Source of the DNA: a virus
Virus record (IMG/VR): IMGVR_UViG_3300045988_114702
Reading direction: 5' to 3' (one strand)
DNA length: 64,000 nucleotides
Program-made: the position numbers and the translations under genes
The notes under the pieces: generated by a model
Told to the model about the DNA's origin: nothing
Seen by the model: the letters and a program-made list of their open reading frames with translations, nothing else
Database searches by the model: none
Shown: positions 60,654-64,000 of the stretch, one piece after another
Numbering within the stretch: the first letter of the stretch is position 1
How the letters are laid out: every line of letters starts with the position of its first letter

Positions 60654-61512
60654 TGTTTTCTTCTCCTTTCGGCTTCTGAACGATGAACAGCAGTTCTTTT
60701 GCCTCACGCGGGAACGGAATCGCCATAAAGGCTGTGAGGAATGCAGACGGGACATAGGCTTTCATGCGGGTGTAGAAGTCCCGCAGTGCCGGTTCCTGCT
60801 TGGAATAGAACTCGTCCATCTCCCGGACGCTGGTGACCAGACCAACCTCCTGCACAATGCTGAATCCGATTTCGGCCAGCTTGGCTTTCAGTTCATCGTA
60901 GCCCCACTCATAGACATGAGCGCGGTACTGGGTCTGATACCCATTGCCCGGGGTGTTCGGACAGGAGAGAAACATCTTTGCACCCGGCTTCATCACCTTG
61001 TAGCATTCTGCAAGGCTTTTTGCGCCGTCCGTAGGGTGCATATGCTCAATGGCAGAGGTGTAAATCACAAAATCGGCAAACCCCGCCGGGATGACTTTCG
61101 ACATCTCAGCAACGTTGCCCAGCTTCCAACCCACCCGGAACGGGTAGTAGGAAGTCAGATCTTTAGGTTCAAGGTTCTTTGCGGTTGCGCCGCGCATAGC
61201 CTCTTTGATGTTCGCTTTGCTGATGTCTACGCCGGTATAGGATGCAATATCCTTTGCGTAGTAGCGCAGCAGCGGGAGCATCAGAGAGCGGCCGCAGCAC
61301 ACATCCAGCACGTTCATGCCCTTTTTCGCCATGTGGGCGGCGGCAAGGTGCTGGATATAGTTCATTACGTCCAGATTGGTGAAGAAACCGTCTCTGAACT
61401 GCATATAAAAATTCCGCATCTGGTAGGTGGTGCAGAGAATTTTTTCTCTGTCCATGCCATCCTCAACGCGGTATACGATATCTTTATCCACGCCATTTTC
61501 CTTTCGTATCAA
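60646..61512 (-). CDS. Class I SAM-dependent methyltransferase
   Basis: Motif I VLDVCCGRSLM and the later VIYTSAIEHM. Start uncertain (TTG 61512, GTG 61491 or ATG 61455). Confidence 0.65.
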   Translation of the reverse strand: MIRKENGVDKDIVYRVEDGMDREKILCTTYQMRNFYMQFRDGFFTNLDVMNYIQHLAAAHMAKKGMNVLDVCCGRSLMLPLLRYYAKDIASYTGVDISKANIKEAMRGATAKNLEPKDLTSYYPFRVGWKLGNVAEMSKVIPAGFADFVIYTSAIEHMHPTDGAKSLAECYKVMKPGAKMFLSCPNTPGNGYQTQYRAHVYEWGYDELKAKLAEIGFSIVQEVGLVTSVREMDEFYSKQEPALRDFYTRMKAYVPSAFLTAFMAIPFPREAKELLFIVQKPKGEENNG

Positions 61513-62233
61513 GGTACTTCTGGTATTTGATCCACTCTTTCAGCGCATACTCTCGGCGAATCCGGTAGTCTGCGCCTATCATGCCCTTCGGGGGTCTGAC
61601 CACAACCATTTCTGAGCCGTTGAAGTAGGACAAGCCGCCAAAATTGACCTGTGTAGTCCATGTGGTGCTATCCACGCTATAAAAGCCAAAGTCAACCGCG
61701 TCCTTTTTGGTGTAGCCCAGACCGTGCACCCGCACCCCGCAGGCGTTCGCATACTGCACCAGCCGTTTGATGTAGCCGTACTCGCTGGGCTGAATGTGCT
61801 TGATTGCGAAGCCGCCGATGCCGATATAGGGATAGTCCCTGCACAGGCGCTTGAACTCGTCAAGGCCGCGGGAGCGGTGCCAGACGGGAATGCTCTGCTT
61901 GCCCGTTTCGGCTTCAAGGCGGGTTCTCATGCGCTTTACCGCATCATAACCTACGATGATATCTACGTCCAACTCGAAGAAGTGTTGCACGTTGTGGCGG
62001 TTGATGAAGCCGATATACCTGCTCAGGTACCCGTCCCAATCCACTGGCTTTGATGAAGCCTCTACCCCGTGCATAAACGTGAATGCCCCGCTGTCGAGCA
62101 GGAACATCTTCCACTTCGGCATTTCCTCGACCTGCCACGGCTTGATATAGAAAAAGCTCTCCAGAACGTACTCCGGCCTGTTTTCCCGCACGATTTTCTC
62201 TGACGGGAATGTTCCCGCCAAACACAGCCTCAT
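61484..62233 (-). CDS. TGT-superfamily / DpdA-like putative DNA transglycosylase
   Basis: LLDSGAFT, ELDV, IGIGG, VHGLG and SVDSTTW blocks resemble TIM-barrel TGT/DpdA motifs. Confidence 0.45.
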   Translation of the reverse strand: MRLCLAGTFPSEKIVRENRPEYVLESFFYIKPWQVEEMPKWKMFLLDSGAFTFMHGVEASSKPVDWDGYLSRYIGFINRHNVQHFFELDVDIIVGYDAVKRMRTRLEAETGKQSIPVWHRSRGLDEFKRLCRDYPYIGIGGFAIKHIQPSEYGYIKRLVQYANACGVRVHGLGYTKKDAVDFGFYSVDSTTWTTQVNFGGLSYFNGSEMVVVRPPKGMIGADYRIRREYALKEWIKYQKYLDTKGKWRG

Positions 62234-62817
62234 GTTTCAAACCATTCTCCGCAGTGCGGGCACTGGATAAGCTTAGAGCCGCTCTGTTGCGCCGTAGCGG
62301 GCTGAAAAGGTGCAGGCTGTCCAGATTGCTGGCTTTCGGGGTCCGGGCCTGTATCGGTCGCTTTGGGCGGCTGTTGGGCAGGCTCCGTGAAAAACTCCTC
62401 AAAATCAGAATCGTCCACATCCCGGAGCAGACCATCAAGTTCCACTTCGCTGAAGCCAGTGCTGCTCAGATCTACATCCAGCGCCTGCAATGCATCCATT
62501 TCGGCGCGGAGCACATCATCATTCCAAGAGGATGCCTCTGCCACCTTGTTGTCTGCAATGCGGTATGCCTTAATCTGCGCGTCCGTCAGGTCATCGACCC
62601 GGATGCAGGGCACTTTGTCCATGCCCAGCCGTTTTGCGGCCTCATAGCGGGTGTGTCCGGCAATGATCGTGCCTTTTCCATCAATCAAGATGGGCACCCG
62701 GAATCCAAATTCCTTGATGCTTTGGGCTACCGGACCAACGGCTGCTTCGTTGTTTCTGGGGTTGTTCTCATAGGGATGGATCTGCGAAATATCCTGATAC
62801 ACTACTTGCTGATTCAT
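62230..62817 (-). CDS. ParB-like N-terminal (nuclease/Srx) domain protein
   Basis: ISQIHPYENNPRNN...IIAGHTRYEAAKRLG is a ParB N-terminal signature. C-terminal CPHCG. ATG follows AAGGGAGAAAAA. Confidence 0.65.
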   Translation of the reverse strand: MNQQVVYQDISQIHPYENNPRNNEAAVGPVAQSIKEFGFRVPILIDGKGTIIAGHTRYEAAKRLGMDKVPCIRVDDLTDAQIKAYRIADNKVAEASSWNDDVLRAEMDALQALDVDLSSTGFSEVELDGLLRDVDDSDFEEFFTEPAQQPPKATDTGPDPESQQSGQPAPFQPATAQQSGSKLIQCPHCGEWFET

Positions 62818-63011
62818 TTTTTCTCCCTTCTTTGCTTTTCCGCTGGCGTTGCGGAACAAATTAGGGAGCGGCGGTATCTTTCCTCCTTTCTGGGCATAAA
62901 AATACCCGTCCGGTGGCGAAACCGGGCGGGCAATGCGCTATGATTAGAATTTTACGGTATTATTGTACCACTTTTGCCGTGACGCGTCCATGACATCTTT
63001 TTGACATCGGA

Positions 63012-63587
63012 CTAAGACATTTCCAATGCGTCGATACCAAACATCAGCATCGAGATTTTATCCACTGCTGCATCATGGTCACGGTAAACCTGCCGGGCGC
63101 TCACGTTTTCCTGCATCGCGATCTGCTCCACAGGCTTGGCAGTCTCGTCAATGTACATGGCCTTGATGATGCGCAGGCCCCGCTTCAGAGCTTCATTGTC
63201 GCTCTGGGCGCAGTAGGTTTCGTACAGGCCAAGCATTGCATCGATATGGCGAATCATGATTTTAGTGCGCCGGCAGCTGTTGCGGATGGATTCAACCGTA
63301 ATGGCATTGTTCCGCTGGAGCATCATGTCCAGCAGTTCCAGTGCGGTTTCTTCCTCCTGACCATCATGTTCGCCAGCCTCGTCCGTATAGACCGCACCCG
63401 TGCAATGTTTTTTGAACATCCGGTAGTTCTTCAGGAGCAACTTCGTGTTCCGCAACCGGCGGTCACACCGGCCTGCGGCTTTACGGGCCTGCTCGGCCAC
63501 AACTTCCTTTGCACCCTCGCGGGCAGCTTTGCGGGCAGTTTCTTCGATGAACGCCATCATATCTTCCGGGATAGTCATTTTGCGCAT
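63012..63587 (-). CDS. ArpU/RinA-like late transcriptional regulator (sigma region-4-like)
   Basis: LLLKNYRMFKKH and the C-terminal IAMQENVSARQVYRDHDAAVDKISMLMFG HTH. Lies upstream of the packaging genes. Confidence 0.45.
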   Translation of the reverse strand: MRKMTIPEDMMAFIEETARKAAREGAKEVVAEQARKAAGRCDRRLRNTKLLLKNYRMFKKHCTGAVYTDEAGEHDGQEEETALELLDMMLQRNNAITVESIRNSCRRTKIMIRHIDAMLGLYETYCAQSDNEALKRGLRIIKAMYIDETAKPVEQIAMQENVSARQVYRDHDAAVDKISMLMFGIDALEMS

Positions 63588-63679
63588 CCTCCTGTTCTAC
63601 GTTGCCAAAATCCATCAATTTAGGTATAATAGAATTGCTTTTCTCGGGGGATTGCGCAAGCAGTCCTCTTTTTGTTTGC

Positions 63680-63988
63680 TCAAATTGCGCTCATGCGGCG
63701 GGAAATTTCGCTCTGGCTCAAAACGGCCAGCGGCTGGCGGGTAATGCCGCGCTCTGCTGCCATCTTAGCCGATACGGCCTCCATTGCCCGCAGCATATCT
63801 GCCCTCTGGGCTTCTGCGGAGCCGCCGGGCAGGATATGATCTTTGCTTTCCCGCATATCGTTGATTTTGAGTTCTTCCTGCAAAGCCTGTTCCGAACAGC
63901 GGCGAAGCAGTTCCATTGCATAGGCTTCACCGTCCTGCTCTACCCATCCGATGTACTGCCGGTAGTTATCCAGCGTTTCCTGTTTCAA
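63680..63988 (-). CDS. Hypothetical protein (102 aa)
   Basis: ORF near the right edge. No motif recognised. Confidence 0.35.
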   Translation of the reverse strand: MKQETLDNYRQYIGWVEQDGEAYAMELLRRCSEQALQEELKINDMRESKDHILPGGSAEAQRADMLRAMEAVSAKMAAERGITRQPLAVLSQSEISRRMSAI

Positions 63989-64000
63989 GCGGGCAAGCCG

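Larger units (their letters stand above)
1..64000 (-). mobile_element. Temperate tailed-phage genome (near-complete or circularly permuted); no obvious host housekeeping genes at either edge
   Basis: Contiguous terminase, portal, capsid, tail, baseplate, fibre, lysis, integrase, CI/Cro-like and replication/recombination ORFs. Almost all are co-oriented on the minus strand. Confidence 0.85.

Overview
The window appears to be almost entirely one temperate, contractile-tail-type phage genome of Firmicutes/Clostridia style. This is judged from GGAGG-type RBSs, ATGA-coupled operons and family content. About 95% of the coding sequence is on the minus strand.

Read along the minus strand (high to low coordinate), the layout is:
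- 64000-59866: ArpU-like late regulator, ParB-like protein, and a putative 7-deazaguanine DNA-modification module (TGT/DpdA-like, SAM methyltransferase, QueF-like, QueT).
- 59752-46243: small and large terminase, a portal fused to a Nudix domain, three tRNAs, MuF-like protein, scaffold, capsid, neck, sheath/tube and a tail chaperone with a -1 frameshift site.
- 46242-38073: tape measure, baseplate and tail fibre.
- 38076-34738: a radical-SAM/SPASM cassette next to a 367-aa protein carrying 63 cysteines in an almost unbroken CXXX repeat.
- 33593-30105: a diversity-generating retroelement (DGR) made of target gene/VR, TR and reverse transcriptase.
- 30108-27935: XkdW/XkdX-position genes, M23 endolysin, holin-like protein and the terminator of the late operon.
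- 27500-19613: a putative attP region, plus-strand integrase, a DUF4236 membrane protein and three XRE repressor-like genes that share TGTTAGA-type operators.
- 19248-1: the early operon, with Cro-like and XRE regulators, SLT, RecT, DUF1351, MBL hydrolase, HNH, DnaD-like protein, methyltransferase-like protein, PcfK/PcfJ-like proteins, Gp37/Gp68, beta clamp, YopX, ASCH and many small ORFs.

The two most notable items are the CXXX-repeat/radical-SAM cassette embedded in the fibre operon and the Avd-less DGR acting on the neighbouring fibre-region gene.

All family names come from motif recognition by eye. No database search was run. Start codons were refined only where an RBS was visible.
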